Shown: in pieces, positions 1-9,700 of the stretch
How the letters are laid out: every line of letters starts with the position of its first letter
Numbering within the stretch: position 1 is the stretch's first letter
NCBI GenBank assembly: GCA_026386845.1
Contig: JAPLMW010000028.1
Span: 68,729 to 127,633 of the forward strand
Direction of reading: 5' to 3'
Length of the DNA stretch: 58,905 bases
DNA from: Phycisphaerae bacterium
GTDB taxonomy: Bacteria; Planctomycetota; Phycisphaerae; Sedimentisphaerales; UBA12454
The notes under the pieces: model-generated
Told to the model about the DNA's origin: nothing
The model's input: the letters and a program-made list of their open reading frames with translations, nothing else
Databases searched by the model: none
Translations under genes and position numbers: made by a program

Positions 1-471
1 CGCTATTTCAGCGGTTGTGCCCTCCGCCTTGTATTTGCCTGTCTGAGGTCGTATGCCAAGATGCGGCATAACAGGGATACCGGCGTCAATTACTGATTTA
101 ATCGTCTCAACATCCGATTCGGTTGCTTCAATCTTAACTATATCGACACCGCCCTGCTTAATAAACCGTTCGGCATTTTTCAGGGTTTCATCAGCACCAT
201 TTTTGCAGCCTTCATAAGGCATATCCGCCACAAGCAACTGCTCAGGAACGGCTTTCCTGACGGCTGCTGTTATCGCTGCCATAAAATCCATTGTTACCGG
301 CAGAGTCGAATCAAAACCGAGCATAAACTGTGCGGCTGAGTCGCCTACCAGCAAAACCTCAACGCCGGCAGCAGCAACAAGTTTGGCACTGGTATAATCA
401 TAACAGCTTACAGCGACAAACTTGCGCCCCTGTGCCTTAGCCTGACGTAATGTAGAAATCGTTACCTTCAT
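1..471 (-). CDS. panB: 3-methyl-2-oxobutanoate hydroxymethyltransferase (partial; 3' end runs off the window)
   Basis: Manual translation of the minus strand from ATG 471: MKVTISTLRQAKAQGRKFVAVSCYDYTSAKLVAAAGVEVLLVGDSAAQFMLGFDSTLPVT...LVADMPY; PanB motifs YD, LVGDS and ADMP. Confidence 0.93.
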   Translation of the reverse strand, partial: MKVTISTLRQAKAQGRKFVAVSCYDYTSAKLVAAAGVEVLLVGDSAAQFMLGFDSTLPVTMDFMAAITAAVRKAVPEQLLVADMPYEGCKNGADETLKNAERFIKQGGVDIVKIEATESDVETIKSVIDAGIPVMPHLGIRPQTGKYKAEGTTAEIA

Positions 472-651
472 ATAATCGTTTTCAACTCCACTTAAAGGAT
501 ATTTGAGATAAACCGGATTAGCAAGCAGATTTTATCGGGCCCTATAGCGATAAACAGGTCCCCAGCAAACAGCAATTTCATCAAAAAAATTACAAAAAAA
601 TACTTGATTTTGAAATAGGAACCACAATAATTAGATATGGAGAATCACAGC

Positions 652-679
652 AAAAAAACCGAGGTATTAACTACTCGGT
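652..679 (-). terminator. Intrinsic terminator-like hairpin upstream of panB
   Basis: Stem ACCGAG/CTCGGT (658-663/674-679) followed on the minus strand by a T run (A run 652-658 on plus). Confidence 0.45.
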
Positions 680-844
680 ATTACGAACTTTTCATCACCC
701 TCCTCTGAAGCCAGATTCTCTTTTTGAGGTCTGGCTTCCTTGATAAATCATATTATTAACCCTGAAAAGACAGGTAGTTAGGGTAAAATTCTGCCATAAT
801 AACTGTTTCAGCAAAAAGACCAAAAATCTATAATAAAGCATAAA

Positions 845-885
845 AACAATATTGTAATTTTTTGTTTTTCAGCTACAATTTTGTA
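845..885. promoter_or_regulatory. Paired TACA-N4-TGTA-type boxes (probable autoregulatory operator of the activator gene)
   Basis: AACAATATTGTA 845-856 and TACAATTTTGTA 874-885, ending 19 bp before ATG 905; same motif occurs at the amtB and glnN promoters. Confidence 0.6.
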
Positions 886-904
886 TATTTTAAGGGCAAA
901 GACT

Positions 905-2434
905 ATGGCAGTAAAATTATCCAAAGAAGTGCAACTGCTGGGCGATATGGCAAGAGCTTTCGCCGAGTCGCTCGACCTTGAGCTGACACTCAAAGCCATT
1001 TTGAAATCTCTTGACACGCATGTCAAACTGCAAAAAGGAACTATTACCCTTCTTGACCCCGGCACTGAAACAATAAATATAAAAGTGGCCCACGGTTTAA
1101 GCGAAAAATCAAAGCAATTGGGCAGCTATAAAATCGGGGAAGGCATCACCGGCACAGTCGTCCAGACAGGCAGAGAAATTGTTGTGCCGGACATTTCCAA
1201 AGACAGCAGATTTCTTCACAAAACACACTCAAGGAAATCAACGCAGGGCAAACAAATCGCCTTTTACTGCGTTCCGATAAAACTCGAAGGCAGAACAATC
1301 GGCACTCTCAGCGTTGACAGACAGGTTCAAAAAGGCGACGATGCAGAGGCTCACCTGAATCTTCTGAATATCATCGCCACAATGGTAGCACAGGCTGTAA
1401 AACTAAACAAACTTGTCGAATCCGAAAAAAGACAGCTTTCAGAAGAAAACCTGCGGCTGAGACAGGAATTAAAAACACATTTCAATATAGATAATATGGT
1501 CGGCACGAGCAACGCGATGAAACAAGTTTACCGATTGATTGAGCAGGTCGCAGACAGCAACGCTACCGTGCTGATTCGAGGCGAAAGCGGCACAGGCAAA
1601 GACCTTGTCGCCCATGCGATACACTACAACAGCAGCAGAGCAAACAAACCCTTCGTAAAGGTAAATTGCACCGCCCTGCCCGAAACCTTGCTCGAAAGTG
1701 AGCTTTTCGGACATGAAAAAGGATCTTTTACAGGCGCAACAGAAAGAAAAATCGGCAGATTCGAGAGAGCCAACGGCGGCTCTATTTTCCTCGATGAAAT
1801 AGGCGATTTTTCCGTAAATTTGCAGATTAAACTGCTGAGGATTATCCAGTTCAGAGAATTCGAACGGGTAGGCGGGACTGAAACCATAAAAGCAAATGTA
1901 AGAATCATCGTCGCTACCAATAAGAACCTCGAAGAACAAATCAAAGAAAAACTATTTAGAGAAGACCTGTATTACAGGATAAATGTTTTCCCGATTTACC
2001 TGCCGCCGCTGAGAGAACGAAAAGATGATATTATGCTCATGGCCGACTATTTTCTCGAGCAGTTTTCAAGAGAAAATAATAAAAAAATTACGCGTATCTC
2101 AACACCGGCAATCGAGATGCTTACGAGCTATCACTGGCCCGGAAATATAAGAGAATTGGAAAACTGTATTGAAAGAGCTGTTCTTCTATGTAATGACGAA
2201 GTCGTGCGCTCGGAACATCTGCCGCCTTCACTGCAAATGATTAAAAAAAGCGATGCTCTACCGGGGCGATCTCTTATAGAGATTATAGAAAATAAGGAAA
2301 GAGAACTTATTATTGATGCCCTTAAAAAATACGGCGGTCAACAAAGAAAAGCCGCAGATGAACTGGGTGTTACGGAAAGAATCCTCGGATATAAGATTAA
2401 AAAATACGGTATCTTCCCCAAACTTCTCTCCTAA
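905..2434 (+). CDS. NifA-like sigma54-dependent activator (GAF - AAA+ - Fis-type HTH)
   Basis: GAF with YKIGEGITG; Walker A GESGTGKD; [15 protein letters not shown] (GAFTGA loop variant); FLDEIG; [10 protein letters not shown]; C-terminal HTH. ATG 905 preferred over TTG 881. Confidence 0.92.
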   Translation: MAVKLSKEVQLLGDMARAFAESLDLELTLKAILKSLDTHVKLQKGTITLLDPGTETINIKVAHGLSEKSKQLGSYKIGEGITGTVVQTGREIVVPDISKDSRFLHKTHSRKSTQGKQIAFYCVPIKLEGRTIGTLSVDRQVQKGDDAEAHLNLLNIIATMVAQAVKLNKLVESEKRQLSEENLRLRQELKTHFNIDNMVGTSNAMKQVYRLIEQVADSNATVLIRGESGTGKDLVAHAIHYNSSRANKPFVKVNCTALPETLLESELFGHEKGSFTGATERKIGRFERANGGSIFLDEIGDFSVNLQIKLLRIIQFREFERVGGTETIKANVRIIVATNKNLEEQIKEKLFREDLYYRINVFPIYLPPLRERKDDIMLMADYFLEQFSRENNKKITRISTPAIEMLTSYHWPGNIRELENCIERAVLLCNDEVVRSEHLPPSLQMIKKSDALPGRSLIEIIENKERELIIDALKKYGGQQRKAADELGVTERILGYKIKKYGIFPKLLS

Positions 2435-2437
2435 AAA

Positions 2438-2479
2438 TACAATAATGTAATTAAAAAACAGTTCTTATACATTATTGTA
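2438..2479. promoter_or_regulatory. Upstream activator sequence: paired TACA-N4-TGTA boxes
   Basis: TACAATAATGTA 2438-2449 and TACATTATTGTA 2468-2479 are exact reverse complements, 30 bp apart, about 90-130 bp upstream of a sigma54 promoter. Confidence 0.75.
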
Positions 2480-2569
2480 TAAAAAACAAATCATTGCATC
2501 ATCATATATTACTCCTATAACCTCATTTAATACAAGTCGTTATAACCTTTCCACATATTGCTAATTTTC

Positions 2570-2585
2570 TGGCATGAGTATTGCA
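2570..2585 (+). promoter_or_regulatory. sigma54 (-24/-12) promoter of amtB-glnK
   Basis: TGGCATGAGTATTGCA: GG-N10-GC, close to consensus TGGCAC-N5-TTGCA. Confidence 0.88.
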
Positions 2586-2638
2586 CTATATCATAAAAAA
2601 TACTTTGTTTTTAAGAGATGCAATAAGGAGAACAAAAA

Positions 2639-3877
2639 ATGTATGCTAAAATCGACAGCGGCGACACCGCATGGGTACTTATATCGGCGGCACTTGTTAT
2701 GCTGATGACGCCGGGGCTGGCATTTTTCTACGGCGGGCTTGTCAGACGAAAAAATTACCTCAGTGTTCTTATGCAATGCTTCATCGCCCTGGCCGCCCTT
2801 AGTATTCAATGGGTGATATTCGGATACAGCCTGTCTTTCGCTCCAGGCAACAGCTTTATAGGCGGCCTGCAATGGTTCGGACTTAAAGGAGTCGGACTCG
2901 AACCATACGCTGCCTACAGTGCTACTATCCCACATCAAGCATTTATGATATTTCAAGCAATGTTTGCGATAATCACACCTGCTCTTATTATAGGCGCGTT
3001 TGCGGAGCGAATGAAATTCTCGGCGTATCTGGTCTTTATACTGCTGTGGGCAACTTTTGTGTATGACCCAATCGCTCACTGGGTCTGGGGCAGCGGCGGA
3101 TGGCTGAGAAATATGGGCGTTATGGATTTCGCCGGCGGAACGGTCGTTCACATCAATGCGGGCATCGCGGCATTAGTTACCGCGTTAATAATCGGCAAAA
3201 GAACCTGCTATGATAAATACGCAATTGCGCCGCATAATCTGCCGTTCAGCGTTTTAGGGGCTGCCCTGCTTTGGTTCGGCTGGTTCGGCTTTAATGCAGG
3301 CAGCGCACTGGCCGCTAATGGCATCGCGGTAAACGCATTCGTTGTTACCAATACCGCTGGAGCTGTGGCGGCGCTGACTTGGGCATTGATTGACTGGAAG
3401 CTTAACGGTAATCCTACAATGCTCGGAACCATATCCGGAGCAGTCGCGGGATTGGCGGCCATTACGCCAGCGGCGGGATTTGTCGGCATAGGTGCGGCAT
3501 TGATAATCGGCATCGCTGCCAGCATCTTTTGTTTCATTGCCGTCAGTTTTGTGAAACGTACATTTCATTATGACGATTCGCTGGACGCGTTCGGCGTACA
3601 CGGCATAAGCGGTTTCTGGGGAACTTTAGCAACGGGACTATTCGCATCCAAGGCCATAAACCAGGCCGGTGCCGACGGGCTGCTTGCGGGAAACAGCAAA
3701 CAATTTTTTGTACAGCTTATCGCAGCGGTTGCAACAGTAGCTTACGCATTCATTGGTACGTACATCATCTACAAATTGATTGATGCAGTCATCGGCGTAC
3801 GAGCAACTGAAGAAGACGAAGCAATAGGGCTTGACCTGGCTGAGCACAATGAGCGTGCTTATACAATGCTGGAATAA
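2639..3877 (+). CDS. amtB: Ammonium transporter
   Basis: [58 protein letters not shown]. Confidence 0.97.
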   Translation: MYAKIDSGDTAWVLISAALVMLMTPGLAFFYGGLVRRKNYLSVLMQCFIALAALSIQWVIFGYSLSFAPGNSFIGGLQWFGLKGVGLEPYAAYSATIPHQAFMIFQAMFAIITPALIIGAFAERMKFSAYLVFILLWATFVYDPIAHWVWGSGGWLRNMGVMDFAGGTVVHINAGIAALVTALIIGKRTCYDKYAIAPHNLPFSVLGAALLWFGWFGFNAGSALAANGIAVNAFVVTNTAGAVAALTWALIDWKLNGNPTMLGTISGAVAGLAAITPAAGFVGIGAALIIGIAASIFCFIAVSFVKRTFHYDDSLDAFGVHGISGFWGTLATGLFASKAINQAGADGLLAGNSKQFFVQLIAAVATVAYAFIGTYIIYKLIDAVIGVRATEEDEAIGLDLAEHNERAYTMLE

Positions 3878-3903
3878 ACCAAAATATCAAAAGGAAACTA
3901 AAT

Positions 3904-4245
3904 ATGAAACTGATAATCGCCATAATTCAACCTCACAGACTCGAACAAGTAAAAGAAGAACTCTATAAAGAAGAAGTTAATCTTATCACCGTAAGCGAAG
4001 TGCTCGGTCACGGCAGACAAAAAGGTGTAACCGAAGTCTATCGCGGTGTAAGAGAGACAGGAAACCTGCTGCGGAAAGTCCGCCTTGAAATAGCGGTAAA
4101 TGAAAACTTCGTCGAACGGACAATAAAAGCCATTATGACAGGCGCGAAAACGGGGCAGACCGGTGATGGGAAAATATTCGTGATAGACCTGCCCGAATGT
4201 ATCAGAATCCGAACCGGTGAACGCGGCGGTGAAGCTATCGGTTAA
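3904..4245 (+). CDS. glnK: PII nitrogen regulatory protein
   Basis: [32 protein letters not shown]; directly downstream of amtB. Confidence 0.95.
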   Translation: MKLIIAIIQPHRLEQVKEELYKEEVNLITVSEVLGHGRQKGVTEVYRGVRETGNLLRKVRLEIAVNENFVERTIKAIMTGAKTGQTGDGKIFVIDLPECIRIRTGERGGEAIG

Positions 4246-4270
4246 TAAAAATAGACAATTACGTAAAAAA

Positions 4271-4312
4271 TACATTATTGTAGATTTATATATAAAAATC
4301 TACGATAATGTA
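4271..4312. promoter_or_regulatory. Upstream activator sequence: paired TACA-N4-TGTA boxes
   Basis: TACATTATTGTA 4271-4282 and TACGATAATGTA 4301-4312, 30 bp apart, within a 17-bp one-mismatch inverted repeat. Confidence 0.75.
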
Positions 4313-4401
4313 TATATGCAAAAAATTGTATTGAATTTGTATTCTTTTATAATATCCTTTACAACAATGACCTGCAGCAATTTTTGCATTAAATTACAAT
4401 A

Positions 4402-4417
4402 TGGTATGGTTATTGCA
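4402..4417 (+). promoter_or_regulatory. sigma54 (-24/-12) promoter of the glutamine synthetase gene
   Basis: TGGTATGGTTATTGCA: GG-N10-GC; same distance from the boxes as at amtB. Confidence 0.8.
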
Positions 4418-4520
4418 TATTAAGTAATAGTATAGCTGCAGGGCCGAATGTAAAAATTGTTTTGTATCTCTAAATAATAAAAGGATAATTACAAGTAATC
4501 CAAATAACAGGAGTATAAAA

Positions 4521-6629
4521 ATGAGCGAAAATTTTGAACCGGTAACCGTGTTATTCGGCAAAAACGTCTTCAATGATGTCGTAATGAGGGAACGGCTGCC
4601 AAAGAATGTCTATAAAGAATTCAAAAAGACAATAACAGAAGGCAGGTTTCTTGATACGAGCCTCGCTAATGTAGTGGCCAACGCGATGAAAGACTGGGCG
4701 ATTGAAAAAGGCGCAACACATTTTTGTCATTGGTTCCAGCCGATGACCGGACTGACCGCTGAAAAACACGATTCGTTCATTTCGCCAACCACGGAAGGCA
4801 CAACCATTATGGAATTCAGCGGCAAAGAACTTACACAAGGCGAACCCGACGCATCGAGCTTTCCATCCGGCGGCCTGCGGGCGACCTTTGAGGCAAGAGG
4901 CTATACGGCATGGGACTGCACAAGCCCGGCATTCATCAAGGAAACAGGGAAAACTGTCACTCTTTATATTCCCTGCGCGTTTTTCTCGTATAACGCTGAG
5001 GCACTCGACAAGAAAACTCCCCTGCTAAGGTCTATGGATGCTCTGAACAAACAAGCAATCAGGGTATTAAAGGCTTTGGGAAATAATACCTCGAATAGTG
5101 TCGGCGCAACATTAGGGCCGGAACAAGAATATTTCCTGATTGACAGAAGATTCTTTGAAAAAAGACTCGACCTGATGCTTACGGGACGGACGCTGTTCGG
5201 AGCGCCAACGCCACGAGGACAAGAAATGAGCGACCATTACTTTGGTGCGCTGCACGAAAGGATCGCTTCGTTTATGCATGAGGTCAATGTGGAACTTTGG
5301 AAGCTTGGGGTATCCGCAAAAACTCAGCATAATGAAGTGGCACCTAATCAATATGAACTGGCTCCGGTATTTTCCACTGTAAATGTAGCTACGGACCATA
5401 ATCAGCTTGTTATGGAAACACTGCAAAAGGTCGCTCTGAGACACAATTTCGTGTGCCTGCTCCACGAAAAACCGTTTACCGGCGTCAACGGGTCGGGCAA
5501 ACATAATAACTGGAGTATGGTTACCGACGACGGCATTAATCTGCTCGACCCGGGCAGCACACCGCATGATAATATGGTATTCCTCGTAATGCTTTGCGCT
5601 GTCATCCGTGCGGTTGATAAATACGCCAAACTGCTCCGCGCAAGTGTAGCAACCGCAGGAAACGACCACCGGCTCGGCGCTCATGAAGCCCCGCCGGCTA
5701 TTGTGTCCGTTTTCCTCGGAGACCAGCTAACGGATATATTAGAACAACTCGCTGCCGGCGGCGCGAAAGAATCTAAGGCCGGCGGACATCTGAAATTAGG
5801 TGTCTCTGTTTTGCCGCCGCTGCCGAAAGACAGCACCGATAGAAACCGAACATCTCCATTCGCTTTTACCGGAAATAAATTCGAATTCCGAATGGTTGGT
5901 TCATCACAATCGACCGCAGGGCCTATGTTCGTCCTGAATACCATTGTCGCTGATGTGCTGAAAGAAATCGCGGATGAGCTGGAAAAAAGCTCGAATGTAA
6001 AAACATCCGCTCAAAAAATATTGAATAAAATAGCAAAGGAACACAGCAGAGTTATTTACAACGGCGATAACTATACCGCAGAATGGGCCAAAGAAGCCGA
6101 GAAACGCGGTTTGCCGAATATTAAATCGACCGTAGAATCGCTGGAAACCATTATGGATGATGAAAATGTCAAACTTTTTGTAAACCATAAGGTCCTCAGC
6201 AAAGCGGAACTAAATGCAAGGACTGAAATTCTGCTCGACGCTTATAGTATGACGATAAATATCGAAGCAAAAACCACTTTGAATATCGCACAAAGACAGA
6301 TTCTGCCGGTCGCAATTGAATATTCCGGCAAACTGGCAAAGGCTGCCGAACGTATCGGTAATGCGGGAAGCAACCCGGACACTCAAAAGAAAATACTCGA
6401 CAAGACCTGCGAACTGATAAGCGAATTGAATAACGGCATCGATGAACTTAAAAAAGCCGCTGCCGCAGCAATCGGTATTGACGACACGGCAAAAAGAGCG
6501 GAAAATTGCAGAGACATCGTTGTGCCTGCAATGAGCCGGGTAAGAAAAGCCGCCGACAGTCTGGAAATGATTGTCGATGCCAGGATGTGGCCGCTGCCGA
6601 CTTATGCGGAAATGCTATTCGTTAAATAA
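4521..6629 (+). CDS. glnN: Glutamine synthetase type III
   Basis: 702 aa; [78 protein letters not shown]. Confidence 0.96.
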   Translation: MSENFEPVTVLFGKNVFNDVVMRERLPKNVYKEFKKTITEGRFLDTSLANVVANAMKDWAIEKGATHFCHWFQPMTGLTAEKHDSFISPTTEGTTIMEFSGKELTQGEPDASSFPSGGLRATFEARGYTAWDCTSPAFIKETGKTVTLYIPCAFFSYNAEALDKKTPLLRSMDALNKQAIRVLKALGNNTSNSVGATLGPEQEYFLIDRRFFEKRLDLMLTGRTLFGAPTPRGQEMSDHYFGALHERIASFMHEVNVELWKLGVSAKTQHNEVAPNQYELAPVFSTVNVATDHNQLVMETLQKVALRHNFVCLLHEKPFTGVNGSGKHNNWSMVTDDGINLLDPGSTPHDNMVFLVMLCAVIRAVDKYAKLLRASVATAGNDHRLGAHEAPPAIVSVFLGDQLTDILEQLAAGGAKESKAGGHLKLGVSVLPPLPKDSTDRNRTSPFAFTGNKFEFRMVGSSQSTAGPMFVLNTIVADVLKEIADELEKSSNVKTSAQKILNKIAKEHSRVIYNGDNYTAEWAKEAEKRGLPNIKSTVESLETIMDDENVKLFVNHKVLSKAELNARTEILLDAYSMTINIEAKTTLNIAQRQILPVAIEYSGKLAKAAERIGNAGSNPDTQKKILDKTCELISELNNGIDELKKAAAAAIGIDDTAKRAENCRDIVVPAMSRVRKAADSLEMIVDARMWPLPTYAEMLFVK

Positions 6630-6660
6630 CAAATTTAAAATTACATAATTAACACAGCAG

Positions 6661-6693
6661 ATGGCCGATTTGGAACAGAAAATCGGCTATTTT
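6661..6693 (+). terminator. Intercistronic stem-loop (weak terminator or mRNA stabiliser)
   Basis: ATGGCCGATTT/AAATCGGCTAT 11-bp stem with one G-U pair, followed by only a short T run. Confidence 0.5.
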
Positions 6694-6707
6694 ATGGAAT
6701 AATAAAA

Positions 6708-9700
6708 ATGGCAAGAAAACAACAGACAGACTGCGGATTATATGAAGTGCGCACCGAGCACGATGCCTGCGGTATCGGAGCTGTTGTAAATATTTCCGGC
6801 AAAAGCGACCATTCCATAATCAATTACGGCAAGGAAATCCTTGTAAATCTCCACCACCGCGGAGCGGCCGGCGCCGATGAGACCACAGGCGATGGAGCGG
6901 GAATACTGTTCCAGATTCCACACGAGTTTTTTTTTGCACATAGTAAAAAACTCAATATAAATCTTCCACAACCCGGCAAATACGCCGTGGCAATGGTATT
7001 TTCCCCGAAAGATAATGAACTCCGGGAAAAATGCCTCTCCATATTCCAGCAGGCAATCGAACTGCACGGAATGAAAATCATCGGCCAGCGTATCGTGCCG
7101 GTGAAACCGGACTGCCTCGGCAAAATCGCTCTTGAAGCAGAACCGCATATCAGCCAAATTTTCATCGATGCCTGCGGCTTTGAAAGGATAGAACTCGAAA
7201 GAAAATTATTTTTGGCAAGAAAAAGAACTGAAAAGCAAATCAGGGGAAAATTCGGCGATGCAGGCAATGATTTTTACATCTGCTCACTGAGCAGCAGAAC
7301 AATATGCTATAAGGGAATGTTTATGGCGTGGCAATTGTTCGCCTATTATCCGGATTTGGCGGATGAAAATGTCAAAAGCGCACTGGCAATAGTTCATCAA
7401 AGATACAGCACAAATACATTTCCAAACTGGAAGCTGGCCCAGCCTTTCCGCTGCATCGCACATAACGGTGAAATAAATACATTAAGCGGAAACAAAAGCA
7501 GTATGGCCGCAAGAGAATATAAAATGGCCTGCGAAAAATTCGGACAGTTTATGCCCGATTGTTTTCCGGTGCTTGTGCCGGACGGCAGCGATTCGGCCTG
7601 CTTCGATAACGCTCTGGAACTATTAGTGCAGGCGGGGCGCACCCTGCCGCACGCTATGATGATGATGATTCCTGAGGCCTTCGGGCAAAAATACCATATA
7701 AGCACGGATAAACGCGCTTTTTACGAATACCACTCCGCCATAATGGAACCGTGGGACGGCCCTGCCGCAATGGTTTTCATGGACGGACAAATAATCGGCG
7801 GAACGCTCGATAGAAACGGCCTAAGACCCTGCCGATATATCGTAACAACTGACGGCCTTGCGATTCTGGCAAGCGAGGCCGGCGTTGTGGAATTTCCACC
7901 GGAAAAAATCCAGATGAAGGGACGTCTTCAGCCCGGCCATATGTTCCTCGTCGATACGGCTGAAGGCAGAATTGTTACTGATAACGAAATAAAAAGCAAA
8001 ATATCGAGACAAAAACCATACAGACGCTGGCTCGATGAAAACCGCATCGAACTTCGCGGCCTTTTCGATAGTCCCAAACTCGTAACGAGCGACTCTGAAA
8101 CCATTTTCCAGCGGCTTAGAATGTTCGGGTTTACCCGTGAAGAACTAAAAATGATTATTACGCCGATGGCCGTCAATGGTCAGGAACCGGTCGGGTCTAT
8201 GGGAAATGACGCGGCGATGGCGGTGCTGAGCAATAAACCGAAACTGCTGTTCAATTACTTCAAACAGCTTTTCGCCCAGGTTACGAACCCGCCGATTGAC
8301 CCGCTGCGAGAAGGATTAGTAATGAGCCTGATGGGCTTTACCGGCAGAAAACTAAATATCCTTGAGGAAACACCGCAGCATTGCAGACAATTAAAACTGC
8401 CTCATCCGATTCTTACCAATGAAGACATCGAACGTCTCCGTTCGGTAAATCGGGCCGATTTTAAAATCGCTACTGTCAATGCCTTGTTTGATTCTCAAAC
8501 AAATGACTCTGCCAAGAGTCTGCGTAATGGAATTGATAAACTCGTAAATAATGCAATAGAAGCCGTCAAAAACGGTTCTTGTCTTCTAATAATAAGCGAC
8601 AAACTCGCATCGGAAAATATGGCACCGATTCCTTCGCTGCTTGCGACTGCCGCTGTGCATAATGGACTGCTAAAAGCAGGATTAAGAGCAGACGCAGGCA
8701 TTATTGTTGAAAGCGGAGAACCGAGAGAAGTAATGCATTTTTGTCTGCTGTGCGGATATGGTGCAAACGCGATAAATCCATATCTTGCATTTGAGTGTCT
8801 CGATGAGATGCAAAGACAAGGCGAATTGCCGACCAGTATGGACCCGGTGCAAATCGCGGATAATTACATCGCCGCGATAAAAAAAGGCATCCTGAAAACA
8901 ATGAGCAAGATGGGAATTTCGACACTGAGAAGCTATCATACCGCGCAGCTTTTTGAAGCGATTGGCCTCAATAAAGAGCTCATAAATGAATTTTTCACAA
9001 ATACAAGCTCCCGAATCGAAGGCATAGGTCTTAAAGAAATAGCCAAAGAGACGCTTATACGGTATCAACATGCCTTTGAGCCGAGAAAAGGCGGCGAACT
9101 TGAGCTTGAATTCGGCGGCGAATATCACTACAGAAACTCCGGCGAAGCGCATCTTTGGAATCCGATAACAATTTCCCGTCTTCAGCACGCTGTAAGAAAC
9201 AACGACCAAAAGGCTTATAATGAATATGCAAAGGCTGTCAATCAGCAGGGGCAAAAACTATGTACATTAAGGGGGCTTTTTGAATTTAAAGACACCCAGC
9301 CAATACCAATTGAGGAGGTTGAGCCGGCAAGCGAAATTGTAAAAAGATTCTGCACCGGCGCTATGAGCCACGGCTCGATAAGCAAAGAGGCTCACGAATG
9401 TGTCGCTGCCGCTATGAATAAAATCGGGGCAATGAGCAATACCGGCGAAGGCGGCGAAGATGAAGAAAGATACATTGAGAAAAAAGGTAAGGTTTCACTG
9501 AATTGTGCTATAAAGCAGGTCGCAAGCGGAAGATTCGGCGTTACTATAAATTATCTGTCTCACGCAAAAGAATTGCAGATTAAAATGGCTCAGGGCGCAA
9601 AACCGGGCGAAGGCGGACAATTGCCGGGGCATAAAGTAACGGAAGAAATAGCGAAATTACGATATTCGACGCCGGGCGTTACGTTAATATCCCCCCCGCC

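Noticed and set aside
905-2434. Calling the activator nifA and inferring nitrogen fixation
   Set aside because: No nif genes in the window; only the architecture is NifA-like
2446-2460. NifA-type UAS TGT-N10-ACA upstream of amtB
   Set aside because: The spacing is N9; the TACA-N4-TGTA pairs explain the region better and recur at other promoters
4217-4423. 68-aa ORF after glnK
   Set aside because: It overlaps the activator boxes and the sigma54 promoter; AT-rich with no motif
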